Assembly: GCF_032062105.1 (NCBI RefSeq)
Contig: NW_026927384.1
Span: 124,001-188,000, forward strand
Reading direction: 5' to 3'
Origin: Saccostrea cucullata
Lineage: Eukaryota
Length of the DNA stretch: 64,000 nucleotides
Shown: one piece after another, positions 62,606 to 64,000 of the stretch
Layout of the letters: the number at the start of each line of letters is the position of its first letter
Position numbering within the stretch: the stretch's first letter is position 1
Program-made: the position numbers and the translations under genes
Notes under the pieces: model-generated
The model's input: the letters and a program-made list of their open reading frames with translations, nothing else
What the model was told of the DNA's origin: nothing
Database searches by the model: none

Positions 62606-63476
62606 GGAAAGATGAAACTCATGTGGAATCATCCTCTGATAGTGTAGATTCAAGTTTGTTCAAATCATGACCCCTGGGAGAAGGGTGGGGCCAAAATGGC
62701 CGACCCAAGTTTTACATTGGAATATATAGGAAAAATCTTTAAAAATCTTCTTCTCAAGAACCACTGGGCCAGGAAAGATGAAACTCATGTGGAATCATCC
62801 CCAGGTAGAGTAGATTCAAGTTTGTTCAAATCATGACCCCTGGGGCAAGGGTGGGGCCAAAATGGCCGACCCGAGTTTTACGTAGGAATATATAGGAAAT
62901 ATTTTTAAAAATCCTTCTCCAGAACCACTGAGCCAGGAAAGATGAAACTCATGTGGAATCATCCTCAGATAGTGTAGATTCAAGTTTGTTCAAATCATGA
63001 CCCCTGGGAGAAGGGTGGGGCCAAAATGGCCGACCCAAGTTTTACATGGGGATATATAGAGAAACCTTTTAAAATCTTCTTTTCAAGTACTTCAAAGCTA
63101 TGATTAGTGATATTTATATGGAATCATCCTCAGGTAATGTAGATTCTAGTTTGTTCAAATGATGAACGCCTGGAGGGGGGGGGGGGTAAATTCAAGCCCG
63201 ATGTGCTCAGGTGAGCGCTGTGGCCCCTGGGCCTCTTGTTTCAATAAGTTTTGTTATTTAAAATTCAAATCTTTAAAAAAAATCCTTAGTTATCCAAAGT
63301 ATGTTATGTAATAATTGTTTCCCTAACATATTTGGAAGTAAAACTTCAATGAAAATGTGCATATTGCAAATTTGCTATATATAGTTATACGATTTGTTAT
63401 ACAGATATAACCAATTTCGGATATAGCGAATTAAATTCACAGGTCCCAAGGACTTCGCAATAACCGAGTTTTACTG
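61711..63476. mobile_element. Tc1/mariner-pogo-type MITE split by HINE copy 5
   Basis: TA|CAGTAAAACTCG ... CGAGTTTTACTG|TA. Confidence 0.8.
61954..63240 (+). mobile_element. Full-length HINE (Cg170-like), copy 5, with (GTT/GTC)n microsatellite
   Basis: TTTTAGCTCACCTGAGCTGAAGGCTCAAGTGAGC ... CTCAGGTGAGCGCTGTGGCCCCTGGGCCTCTTGTT; about six units. Confidence 0.92.
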
Positions 63477-64000
63477 TACTGTATCTAGCCTCACAGGCAT
63501 ACAAAAAAGACACCATATACAAATTATGTAAATATTAAAAAAATTAAATTTTGAATTATCCAAGTTATAGCCAAGATGGAAGTTTATATAAAAACTACTT
63601 CAAGGTCAAGGTCATATGAGATCAAATATCAAGGAAAGGCCTTATTTTTATTTCTCATTCTAAAGAAATGTTTAACTACTTTCAGAGCAAGAATCTGATT
63701 CAAGGATTTATTACTCCTTTCATTACCATCATTGTTATATGTAGTTTTATTCCGCGTTATTGTAAATGTTTTTTTTTACACTTCTCAAATGTTTTGTCTG
63801 AATGGTTGTATGCATGTACAAAGATGCACAAAATCTGTAACAGATGTTCTACTGATGATATAAAATATGTTTGCCGATTCTTTTACATCCAGTATAAAAT
63901 GGCTACCTTTTCATCTGATCTTTATTATTTAACCAATACTGCTTGCTCATTTCACAAACTGTCACTGTTATTTGTTTTCAAATGCCAAAGAAATTCAATA

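Overview
AT-rich, intron-containing animal genomic DNA, most likely an oyster (Ostreidae), inferred from Helentron-associated (HINE) elements carrying ~166-bp satellite arrays and a bivalve-type B-box/NHL gene. Genes, left to right: last two exons of a RIMS-like C2B-domain gene (+); intronless Mos kinase (-); an unrecognised 277-aa ORF (-); Di-Ras GTPase (+); mitochondrial ClpP (5 exons, -) head-to-head with an 8-exon, 799-aa gene that fuses an N-terminal CARD to an APPBP2/PAT1-like TPR protein (+); an intronless RING-less B-box/coiled-coil/NHL TRIM-like gene (+); RWDD3/RSUME (5 exons, +); and the probable promoter/first exon of a further gene. Non-coding DNA is dense with non-autonomous transposons, often nested. 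Most notable: the CARD-APPBP2-like fusion; three independent tandem repeats whose unit straddles an exon/splice-donor junction and expands into the intron; and a possible Polinton/virus-like terminus with telomere-like repeats and a small N-myristoylation-motif ORF. Exon models were read by hand (GT-AG, phase-checked). Homology calls rest on recalled motifs, not database searches.
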